Source: Balamuthia mandrillaris
Lineage: Eukaryota
Assembly (NCBI GenBank): GCA_031835245.2
Contig: JAVKOQ020000094.1
Span: forward strand, 124,001-180,813
Length of the DNA stretch: 56,813 nt
Reading direction: 5' to 3'
Part shown: piece after piece, positions 1-10,457 of the stretch
Layout of the letters: each line of letters opens with the position of its first letter
Position numbering within the stretch: the stretch's first letter is position 1
Position numbers and translations under genes: made by a program
Notes under the pieces: model-generated
Database searches by the model: none
The model's input: only the letters and a program-made list of their open reading frames with translations
Told to the model about the DNA's origin: nothing

Positions 1-1090
1 AACACCGATCAAATGTTGCAGGTGCAGTCCCCTGGCCATTCCCACAAGGTTCTCATCACAAAGTTCGGAGAGGTTGGCAACAGCGAGTATTTGGACCCTC
101 GCGGCAACCAAGTTATTCACTTTGATCACATCAGACAGGTGCGGCTCCCCCCTCCACACTACTTTTTCCTACCTTCCCCCCCCCCTTTGTGTTAAGTTTT
201 CTCTAACTCATTTGGTTTACTGATGTAGGAGGTGACTGGTTCCCGAGCCATTGGCGGTGAGCTTGATGGTTCCATCGAAAACCTCAGGTATTTTTTCTTG
301 TGTCCAGCGTTTTTTTTTTTCATTTTGGATAACCTCTTTGTTCCCCTTTTCAAGGTCTGCTTTTGATGCCGCTGCTGTGGCCTACGTAGATGAGTACTAT
401 GCCAACGGCACTTCTACTGTGTACGCCAAGAAGGAAGGAGGCAGCACAGTTGTTACCGTCTGCATTTCTTCCGCCAAGTTCAACCCCAACAACTATTGGT
501 TTGTAGTCAGCGGCATTTCTCTTGCGTGTTCTGCTCCCCTTCACCTAAAAACACGCCTAACCAAAGCAATAAATAGGAACGGCCGCTGGCGAGCTGTTTG
601 GACCTGCCGAATTAGCGGTGGGCAGGTAGACCTTTCCGGCGTTATCAAGGTCAACGTTCACTACTACGAAGACGGAAACGTGCAGCTTACCACTGAGACG
701 CCAAAGAAGCTTAACAGCGCTGCTGGTGTACGTCCTCCCTTTGCTATTTTTTTTTTCAACATTTTTGTCGGGTCAAACTGACGTTATCGTATTGTAACGT
801 TTTTTGACACAGGACCCCAAGAGTACTGCTGATGCTGCCCTCAAGGCTATTTCCAGAGCAGAGCAAGACTTCCACGCCAAGTTAGAACAGAGCTACGCCA
901 CCATGGGCGACACCACCTTCAAAGCCTTACGCAGAGTACTTCCTATTACACGCACCAAGATCGACTGGACCAAGATCCAGAACTACAAGATTGGTTTGTT
1001 AATTTTCTTGCCCTCTCCATTTCTCTCTTTGTATTTCTAACTGGTTGTTTAGGCGGAGATGTGGGAGGCAAGCCTATGAGGGGCAAGTAA
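1..1090 (+). CDS. CAPZA: F-actin capping protein alpha subunit, multi-exon, 5' part lies outside the window
   Basis: Spliced peptides HKVLITKFGE..YLDPR, KFNPNNYWNGRWRAVW, VHYYEDGNVQL and TTFKALRRVLPITRTKIDW are CapZ-alpha signatures. GT-AG introns join them, and the stop TAA is at 1088-1090. Confidence 0.95.
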
Positions 1091-1312
1091 ACGAGAATCT
1101 CGCTATTGTGCAGTGTTTGTAGTCGGGTGGTGTTAGCGTGCTTGCTTTCTTGTACTTTACTCTTGCAGAGGACACGCAATCCCTTCTTTATATAACCAGA
1201 GTTCCGACTCCAAAGATTTTTTTTTTGCTCCTTTGTCTCTCCCTCTTCCCCCCCTCTTTCTACGCTCTTCTTTCTCCTCTCCTCTATTCCTTGCCGTTTT
1301 TTCGTGTTGCTT

Positions 1313-3304
1313 CTATTTATTACAGGAGGAAGGTAGGGTTAATGCAGCAAGACCTGCCACCGGAAATGAGACATGAAAGTATGGCTCTTCTTGTGGTTCC
1401 GCTTTACCGCTCTTTGCAAAGTAAAGTTGGTGTACGCTCTGTTTTATCTCCTCAACGGCACTGCAAGGGGCGACACCCACTACAACCCCTCCTAACCCTT
1501 TATATTGGGCAAACAAAAGGGTGAGATGGGACAAGAGGCGGGAAGCAGAGAGGAGACACTAACCAGCACCAGTAAGGGATGCACCTATGCATCCGCTTTG
1601 TTGCAGAATACGTTGTATTTCATCCAGCTCAGGAGTGCTGGCTCTGAAAGCTCCTGGCTGGTACTCCAGTTGGGCTTCTTCATCGTTGGCGTCCTCCTCC
1701 AAATGTTTTATCAAGCAGTCAAGGTACTCATCTGTTATGGCTGCATCCTGTTGCAACTGTGGTTCGTTCAGCTTTCAACAAGTCGAGAAAAAAGCCAATA
1801 GAAAAGGACAAAAAACTTACACTATCGCCAGCATGGCCGATGTTCATAAGTTTGCCAGCCTTTGACAACAATCCCAAAAAGCTTTCGTTGTGCCCAGCGT
1901 CATGCTGCGCCATAGCCTCCCTCCAAAGCTCGAAGAAGCGACGAGCACGAGCACACTCAGCAATGCCAAAGAGAAGGGCTCCTCTCAACTGCAACGTCGC
2001 TGGACGAGCACTCTCTGGAAGTTTGATGAGGTAGTTCTGTTCGGCACGAGCGATCACACTCACCAATGAGGGATAACGCTCTTTCAGCTCCATCAGTGTG
2101 ATTTGTTCTGGTATTTGTTGTAACAGTTTGTAGATGGCAGCACTGCCGCCATGCTTGCTGAACATCTGCTGACTGAAACGAGAAAGTCGATCCACGTTCT
2201 CAGTAAACTCTGCAGAGTAACCGCTTTCTTGCATTATTTCTGTGCAGATTCTCAAGTCAGTCGACTATGAGAAGAGGAGCCACCAACACAACAACGAACC
2301 TTTCAGTAAACCGAGACCAATGCTGTATGCAAACCTAGGTACCGCATAGTTGGCAGCCTCCTTGCCAGACAGGTTTCTTCGGACTCGGGAATCCACTACA
2401 ACCTTATTGTTTGGGAAAAAAAAAAGATTCTTTAGTTTATACTTTCCACAGCAGCAAGTAACACCACTACACTCAAAACAGAGAACACCAAACGCACCAG
2501 ACAAAAACCGTTAGGCCATGCATTGTATACCGGTTTGATGGCTTGGTGGTCCTCCTGAAAGAAGCTTGCATGCACTATTGCGCCACAACGAGCATATTTC
2601 ATTGCTCCCTACAAATAACAAGAACTCATTAATAAACATAGAAGGCAGAGAAGGAAGAAGTAGAAGGTAGGAGCTAACACACGGAAAAGGCGATGAAGTC
2701 GAACCTGATCGCCAAGACCAGTAACTGCACCAGCTTTGCCCTCTGCAAGTCTTGCAAGTTCGATGAGCGCAACTGGAGATAGCCGTAACGTATCTTTGTT
2801 TACTAGAAGGCAGCTATGAGCGATGGAAAGAACCAGAGAATGGGAGGAGCTAATGCCAGCCCCTTTTGGTATGTCGCTCGAGACCAGCGCTGTGAACCCG
2901 TTTGGTGTAACTCCTGTTCGTTCCTTCAATGCCAGGAGGGTGCCTTCCACGTATTTGCCCCACCTATCATTTTTGCTGTTTCTGTTAGACCGCACTGCTT
3001 TACGCCAGAGAGAAGCAGAGAAGCATAGAACAAGAGGAGGGAGAGCAGAGAAGAGGAGTACCCAGCTTCTGGCTCGGTAGAAGGGGTGCTGAGGTCAAGG
3101 TGAAGTGGAGGAAAGAAAGGATCTGTGTTTTTGAATGTAAACACGTGGCGAGCAGCAGCATCACCGCTGGCGGCAGTAGGGCAAACAATGACCATGGTTT
3201 CCTTCGATACGGCCAACGCGTTACAGCTGCCACCGTGCGAGTCTATGTGCATGCCTCTCAGGTTTACTCTCGCTGGGCACCTTACTGGCGTGATTGGTTT
3301 CAAT

Positions 3305-3338
<34 letters not shown>

Positions 3339-3686
3339 GAGAGAGGAGAGAGAGAGAGGGAAGAAGAACAGACCTATCATGACAGGGGAGCCTTTAAGAT
3401 AGGGAAAGGCTTCCACGAACGCCTCCAACGTGTTAGAGTACCGCTCGACCCGTTCTTGCAACAAAGCAGCGCGCAGGCGGTCCTCCTCCGTTTGCGCGGC
3501 GCCCTCTCCAGTCTTCGCTGGAGCGCCATAGAGGCTTCCCAACAGCTGGAAGAGGGCCTCCTCGCCAGAGCTGAACCGCTGCAACCACTCTACTGGCGTC
3601 AACATGGTTGCTGCTGGCAGCTCCTCTTCCTCCATGGGGGAAGGTGGCTCCATCACGTCGAGCCCCTGCTTCTCTGCTGCTTCCAT
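1313..3686 (-). CDS. GHMP-family sugar kinase (galactokinase-like, atypical sugar-binding motif), multi-exon
   Basis: Motifs PARVNLRGMHIDSHGG, WGKYVEG, IPKGAGISSS (GHMP ATP loop), TGLGDQ and GASLTGAGLGG occur across ORFs 3300..3863, 2926..3303, 2609..2995, 1728..2255 and 1313..1534. The ATG is inferred at 3686. Confidence 0.85.
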
Positions 3687-3871
3687 CTCGTTCTCTTTCT
3701 TTTTCGTTGTCGACAGAAAATGTACATTGGAAAGAGAGACGAGAGAAGAGAACGATGAAGAGAACGACGAAGAGAACGATGAAGAGAGAAGAACAGTGGA
3801 GCTTTTTTCGAACAGTAATACAAATAACAAACATCTACAAAGAAGGGGTCGAACCACCACCAACGTTTCGG

Positions 3872-5331
3872 TTAGGTGGAGGAGGAAGTGTAATCCTGAT
3901 ACAGAAGACGATGAAAGTGATGGTCGGCATGTTCCAGCAGCGGGGCGTATCGACCGGTGTCGTAGGAGATGGAATGCAGTCCCCTCTGCACGCTTGCCGA
4001 TATGAACTCGTCCTCCTCCTGGATCTGCTCGCTCGTTCTCAGATTCTCAGCAATCCACTTGTCCACATCCATATTATCGCCCTTGTTCTCCTTGTCGAGG
4101 AGGAAGTAATAGTCGAACTGAACGATGCACTTGTCGTGCGATACAGGGATGACCAAGTTGGTGTCCATGATGTCTCCATACCGGTTGATCATGAAGTTGG
4201 GATAGATGAACGCATAGTGGGCTCCCTTCGAGCCGACCCGCTCTCTCTTGAAAGCCTCTTGGTCTGCTTCTGCTCCCTTCTCCTCTTCTTTGTTCTGGCG
4301 GTCAACGCTGATACCGGGGCATTGTTGTAGAGATGCCATGCCCAGCAAACGTGTCTTGTATTGCTCGCATTGCAGCTTTTTTTTAAAAAAAAAAACATCG
4401 TTAAAACTACAGCACATGAAACTCTCTCTCTCTCTCTCTCTCGTTTGTTCTCTCCTTCACTGCTCTGCTTCTCTCCTCTCGCTCATGTTGCAAGTGAAAA
4501 AGGATGACGGTGAAGGTACCTGTGCAGCCAAGTCTTTATGAAGGACGGAGACATGGTAGCCGCCATCGAGGTAGTTGTCCACGTAGACCTTCCAGTTGCA
4601 GTTCACGGGATAGACTCTGGTGCAATGGTACTGCAACTGCTGGTAGTCCGTCTCCTCCAACACGTCCTCGATTGCTTTCAATTCCTTCGTCAGGTGTTTA
4701 GTGTTTCTCCCATCTTCGTTGTTATTGTTATATAGTGGTATTATAGATAGCTAAATTGGTGAGAAAGAGAAACGAAAGAAGCGACAGGAAAACAAAGAAG
4801 GATACCAATGTTGATAAAGACCCAACGGCCCCAAGCGCTTACGTTGATGGGTCGCAGACCATAGTCCTTGGCCCTGAAGTTCTTGATGCCGCCGACCTTC
4901 GGGGCGATGCGCAGCCTTCCGTCCAAGCGATAGGTCCAACCGTGATAAGGGCACGTCAACTCTGCGGCGGTCCCACTCTCCTCCTTCTCTCACCCAACCC
5001 AACCCAACACGAGGAAACTTCACGTTACTAACCATCCAAAACCAAAAAGAAACGACAAGACGAAAAAGAGAGGAAAGGAACGGAAGAAGGAGAAGCAGAA
5101 CAAGAAGAAGAAGAAGAAGAAGAAGAAGAAGAAGAGAACAAACATGTGTGAGTTGAGCGGCGTGATGGCGGCACACGTTGAAGAAGGCACGCAGCTGGCC
5201 CTCCTCGTCCCTCACCACAATGTAGGGCTCTCCCAACAGCGAGCCCGTGATGAAGCTGCCTGGCTTTTCCAACTGTTCCACTCTTCCCACTTTTTTTTTT
5301 GGCTCATCAGCTCAGCTGAGCAGAGGGCAAT

Positions 5332-5378
<47 letters not shown>

Positions 5379-6006
5379 CGAAGAGAACAATGAAGAGAAC
5401 AATGAAAAGAGAGAGAGAGAGAGAGAGAGAACCTTTTTGCCAACCAGGGAAAAAGACTTGGTGAGTCTCTCTGGCGAGGAACTCGGGGTGGAGGTACCAA
5501 GAGGCAGGCGGCGTGGCGGCCTCCTCCACCGGCAGCGCTGCCTCCCACCTCTCCACCTCCTTTCTAAAGTCCATCATCGGCACGGCCTGTTGCCTCTTGT
5601 AGGAGGAGGAGTACAAACTTTCTCCTCCATCAGCCGAAGAAGCAGCTGGAGGAGAGCACGAGGAGGAGGAAGCTGAACAACAGCTTTTCTTTCCATGCGT
5701 GGCCACAGGGTTGCCAAGAGAAGCAGAAGAAGAATAGTGACGGTGCGGTAGCTCCCATGGACTCGCGTTGTAATGGTCGGTGGGGAAGGGAGAGGAGGAG
5801 AAGGAGGAAGCAGCAGCAGCCCACGCCACCCTCTGTGCTCTGCTGCCACCACCTTGATGGCGCCCCCACCACCACCGCCTGGCATTACCGCCGCCGACCA
5901 AAGCGGGGGAGGAAGAGGAAGCAGAGCGCAAGAGGAAGTAAGCTGAGCTGACCGACAAGCCAAACCCACCACCACCGGTGGGGGTGGTGGCGGTGTTGGC
6001 CCTCAT
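3872..6006 (-). CDS. CMO: Rieske non-heme iron oxygenase, choline monooxygenase-like
   Basis: TPPASWY, Rieske ligands NVCRHHA and CPYHGWTY, NWKVYVDNYLDGGYHVSVLH, YPNFMINRYG and QIQEED..SVQRGL..YDTGRYAP. Long Arg/Ser/Ala-rich N-terminal extension. Confidence 0.88.
4714..4805 (-). other. GT-AG intron with U12-type donor GTATCCTT in the CMO-like gene
   Basis: ATT G|GTATCCTTCT...ACGAAG|AT GGG restores the frame FINI-DGRNTK. No clear U12 branch site. Confidence 0.5.
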
Positions 6007-6431
6007 TTTTTCTTTCTCAATAAATAAATAGGCTTTGTTTTTGGTGTTTTATTATAATAACGTTTAGCATTATAACAACTACTAGTTGTTTTTAGTGTGT
6101 GTGTGCTTCATTCATTTGTCGAGTCAGTAAGGCCTACCAATCAGATAGTATCGTACATAACTTATGGGAGAATTATCAGCCCTCTAATGGAGGGCTGACA
6201 CTTCTTCCTCTTCCTCGTCTGCTGAAGTTAACAAGTCCCGAAGCAGCGCTGAGCTCAGCGTTCCTGGATCGGATGGATGCTTGTGTTGCTGTTGTTCTCC
6301 TTCTCCTTCTCCTTCTGATGATGATGATGATTCATTTGGTTGTTGTTCTTCTTTGCCTTCGTTTTGTGCTCTTGGTTTCTTCCTCCGTGTCAACAGAGGA
6401 AGTACCACATCTGGCCTTTGCTTTCTTTCTA

Positions 6432-6477
6432 TCAGGATGTTCTTTGCTGCAAGGTGTCCTTAATCAGAACTTCGTAT

Positions 6478-6513
<36 letters not shown>

Positions 6514-6534
6514 AAAGAGGAAGAGAGAAGAGAA

Positions 6535-6587
<53 letters not shown>

Positions 6588-6788
6588 AGACGAACCAAGT
6601 TGTTCTGAGTGTTGCAGTCCTTCATGAATCTCAGAGGACTCGCTAGCCAATTGTTGCAACGCTTCGATGTCTATCCGCTGCATGAGACTCAACAACGCCC
6701 GTGCCCGCTCCTGTTTTGCCTCTAGCTTAGTGATGGCCGTTTGTAAGTTCTCCAGCCGTTCTCTGCGTCGTTGGTACCTGTGAGAACA

Positions 6789-6824
<36 letters not shown>

Positions 6825-7439
6825 TGAGTGTGAATTCCCATCAAATGGCTGGATGGTCCAAGGAACAGCGACAAAAGTGTTTGGTAGTAACGCACTGCTC
6901 AAGCAACTCCTCGTCGTCCGCTTCTGCAGGCTCCCAGTCCGCTGGATATACGTTCAATATAGAGCTGTTGCTGAGGTCTATTAGCATGCAAAAAAAGGAG
7001 CAGGAGAAGGGGGCTGCCACGAACGTTGCCTCTCTCTTTCGCTTTTTGAGGTCGGTTTCTTGCTTCTCTCGTTCAAGCTTGTGCGTTGTACGGAGGGAAA
7101 CAAGCTGCTTGAGAGCCACGCCCTGAGTCGCCCTTCCCTTCTCACGGTGTATCAGTCCCGAAACGTGAGCGTTCACTTAGGAAGAGGAGAGATGGACACA
7201 GAAAAAAAAATATGGTTCATCCAACAGTCGAAAAAATAAATATGGTTCATCAAAAAGAAAGAAAAACGTTTCGTACGCCGTTTTAATGAGGTGCGTAGCA
7301 CTTGTTTGGGAATGTCCTCCTCCTCCAGGTCTTCCTCCCACTCAAAGTCTTGCGCTAACAACGCCACATTGTGCGCCAGGAACTGCTGGTCCTTCACCAC
7401 CCCCCCCAAGTTCGCTTCCTTTTCGCTGCTACTGTTCAT
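6432..7439 (-). CDS. Coiled-coil protein, possible kinetochore Nkp1/Fta4 family
   Basis: About five exons join into one ORF: QFLAHNVALLAQ..IPKQVLRTSLKRLNAHV..ILNVYPADW..RYQRRRERLENL. The motif order resembles the Fta4/Nkp1 pattern as I recall it; no HMM check. Confidence 0.5.
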
Positions 7440-7589
7440 GGACGTAGAGAAACGGAAGTGGCTTTCTTTTCGGTGTCCACCCTACGGTAGTTTGGACAGC
7501 AATTTCGGTTCGAAAAATAAGTATCGTTTGCCGCACAGTTTATTTCTCTGTGACGACACGATCAAGAACGCAAGCAGTCTAGTTCTGTT

Positions 7590-7744
7590 GTTTCTTCTTC
7601 TTCTTGTTCTTCTAGTTCTTCTTCTTGTTCTTCTTGTTCTTCTTCTTCTTGTTCTTCTTCTTCTTGTTCTTCTTCTTCTTGTTCTTCTTCTTCTTGTTCT
7701 TCTTCTTCTTCTTCTTCTTCTTCTTCTTGTTCTTCTTCTTCTTC
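7590..7744. repeat. (CTT)n microsatellite with periodic GTT variants, between divergent genes
   Basis: Directly visible. It produces the spurious poly-L/E/R/K/F ORFs here. Confidence 0.95.
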
Positions 7745-7786
7745 GCCGGTAAGAAACAACAGAAAGTCTTGTCAAAGTCACAGTCT

Positions 7787-9322
7787 ATGATGCCTGTGGC
7801 TCGGTCTGTAAAGAAGAAAGGAAGCTCTGAGGAGAAAGTGGGAAGCTCAGGAGGAAAGCAGAAAGCACGGGACCGGAAAGCAGAGGGAGAGAGGGAGAGA
7901 GCGGCAAGCGTGGTGGTGATGCCAAGCAATGGTAGGACAGCATCCAAGGGAGGAAAGGTTCGCAGTAAGATAAACTCGCGTTGGTCCAATGATAAGGAAA
8001 TGAAAGAGGGCTAGCTGGAGCACCTGCGCAGCGCTGGACATGACTGTCTGACGAACGTTTACACTTGGATTCACAACGACGTCGAAGCTCGGTTAAAGAA
8101 GAACTATTATCTTTGGCGAAGAAGCTGTTTTGGTCTGGCACCTACATGACGACACGACCTAATCAGTGCCTGAAAACGAGTGCTCTGAGAGAGAGAAACA
8201 ACTCTCATCGGCGCCCTGCCGTCATCTGTTACTCTTGTGGATTGGCGTCCTCTTGTTACCCTTGTGGATCGGTGCCCTCTTGTTACCCTCGTGGATCGGC
8301 GCTCTGCTGCTACTCTTGTGGATCGGCGCCTTGTTGTTACTCTTGGAGATGGGCGCCCTGTTACTCTCTCTCCTGGATCGCGAATGGGCATTACGCTGTC
8401 ACTCTTTCTCCTGCCATCGCTACGATCCTTTGTTCCTTCGTACCATGCTGTGTTCCTTCACACCTGTGTTCCTTCGTACCTTGCATTCTTTTGTACTGTA
8501 CTGCGTTCCTCAGTACTGTGCTCATTCCTTCATACTGTGCTTTCCTTTGTACCCTGCTGTGTTCCTTCATACCCAACATTCTTTCGCACTGGGCTATGTT
8601 CCTTCGTACTATTATTCTGCACCTTACTGCATCCCAAGCGGAGTTGTAGCTCAGCAAAGTCCATGTCAAAGGCTCTATCTATACGAGTTCGGCAGCTCTT
8701 TGGGGCCTTGGACTGTCAAGTGAGACGTGGTTCAATAGAAATCCGTTGGTATTGCCCTGCTGTAAATGGTGTACAAGGCCTTGAAGCCCTCGCACAGAAA
8801 GATTCCTTTACTTTAGGTGGTGAATACAAGATAAAAAGGGAAGAAGTAAGGATTCCGAGACCTGGGCAGAACATTTGGGCCGGGTTCGAACCAAAAGAGG
8901 CAAGTGACTGCAAGATGGGTTTGTCGTTGTGTTAGCTCTCTTTTTGGGACCTCAGTTTCACTAATATTATTCACCTACATCCAGCGCCTGGGGAAGAGTT
9001 TGCCCCGATGCAAGACGTTGTGGTAGATATTGTAAAAGAGTGTGAAGCTCTGGGTATGTCACTCAAAAAGACATGCTTCCTTCAACAGCTTGGCGCTCGT
9101 CTGCCAGATGCTGTGCTGCTCATCGAGAGCGTGGACCCCTCTTTACTTGGAGTATGTTGGATTGACAAAATTTCGCTTATTATCGGCGAGAGCGACCAAG
9201 GGGCTACCATCACGACCTTTATGAGCGATGGACCTCACCATCAGCACTTTGAAGCCGAAGACCTACCTGACAAGGTGGTGGAACAGTTTGCTTTGGCCTA
9301 CGAACAACTTAACCAGAAATAA
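7787..9322 (+). CDS. Hypothetical protein, exon structure uncertain
   Basis: Lys-rich start MMPVARSVKKK, then globular-looking segments (ALSIRVRQLFG..EIRWYCP..KM; MQDVVVDIVKECE..YEQLNQK*) joined by a plausible GT-AG intron near 8918-8984. AATAAA overlaps the stop. No recognisable family. Confidence 0.45.
8227..8390. repeat. 27-bp tandem minisatellite, about 5-6 degenerate copies
   Basis: Units TGTTACTCTTGTGGATTGGCGTCCTCT, TGTTACCCTTGTGGATCGGTGCCCTCT, TGTTACCCTCGTGGATCGGCGCTCTGC, TGCTACTCTTGTGGATCGGCGCCTTGT. Confidence 0.9.
8428..8612. repeat. Degenerate 15-21-bp tandem repeat, core GTTCCTTCRTAC
   Basis: Recurrent TGTTCCTTCGTACC, TTCCTTCATAC and TTCCTTTGTAC units. Confidence 0.8.
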
Positions 9323-9671
9323 AAGTTTATAACATGTTTAATGGTTGTGCAATACTATTGGCAAGTACCCATCCGTCCGTGTGTTCCTGTTTCTTCATAA
9401 GTTTGGCTACTGTCTGAATGGAGTAGGAAAGTTTTGGGTGGATAAACTACCTTATGGATAAACTTTGACCGCATGACTGTGCATCTGGGGGAAAAAGCTG
9501 GTCGTCGGATTCGTCTAAAAAGGATTTTCCGACAAAACTTTACACAAGGAAGAACCAGAGTGAGAATCTCTTGCTCCTTTCCGCCTACATTAAACTTGCA
9601 CATTTTGCAAATCTTGCACAGAAGAGACCAAGACTTGGTGTTTTTTATTCTAACTCCGATGAGGGGGAAAA

Positions 9672-9713
<42 letters not shown>

Positions 9714-10058
9714 ACCGTTTTTTTTAAACCAAGCAGCACGAATTTCGGCCACACACTCCGCCTTTCCGCTTGTTTCTTGTTATTTGTTTTCTTCGTTATC
9801 TCCTCCTGTGTGTTTGGGACAAGCGCAAGGGCTAGACTGTCGAACAGGCAGAGGGTCGGGCTGATCACTCGCGGAAAGAAACTCTTGCTTTTTTCCTGGG
9901 CTAGCATCCTCTCTTCCTTCACATCCAAAAAATGCATCCTCCCTCTGCGGCGTACAGGACGACTTTCGTACTCTTTTTTTCTTCCTCCTCTTCTTTGGGA
10001 AAGATAAGATACGCAATTGCGAGCAATGAGGCAGAGGGAGAAGGGAGAGATGACAAGC

Positions 10059-10102
<44 letters not shown>

Positions 10103-10457
10103 CAAAAGGAAAGAAAGGAAATAACAAACCCAAGTACTGTATATCTATCTCTCCCAAATCCATTATCATCCATCATTCCATAGCCACATCCACATCCATT
10201 CCATTCTCCAAACTAAACTCTTCAAGAAAAAAAAAATCCACAAAGAATCCACATTTATCCACCTTTATAAAGCAGGCCCGCAGCACTCTCATCCATCATT
10301 GACTAACATTCTATAACATCAAGTACCAAATAGACAACCACAAAGAAACAACATTAAACAACGGAAGCATCACTCCTATCTACGTAGATAGATAGTTGCG
10401 GTGCATGGAAAGAGAGTGTTAGTCAATGATGATGTCGGTAGCAGTAATGCTGTCCAT

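Noticed and set aside
7208..7251. Duplicated AAATATGGTTCATC with box C-like GATGA on the minus strand
   Set aside because: No box D or stem follows. It looks like a simple local duplication in an intron.
7482..8014. Poly-Arg/Glu/Lys/Phe/Leu ORFs, and similar ORFs at 10562-11242 and 44933-45829
   Set aside because: These are translations of (CTT)n, (GAAGA)n and (CCT)n microsatellites.
8227..8390. CRISPR-like array
   Set aside because: The units are directly tandem and degenerate, with no unique spacers and no cas genes, in a eukaryotic context.
8065..8649. Cys-rich metallothionein-like ORF
   Set aside because: It is one of several open frames through the minisatellites and has a non-ATG start, with no independent support.
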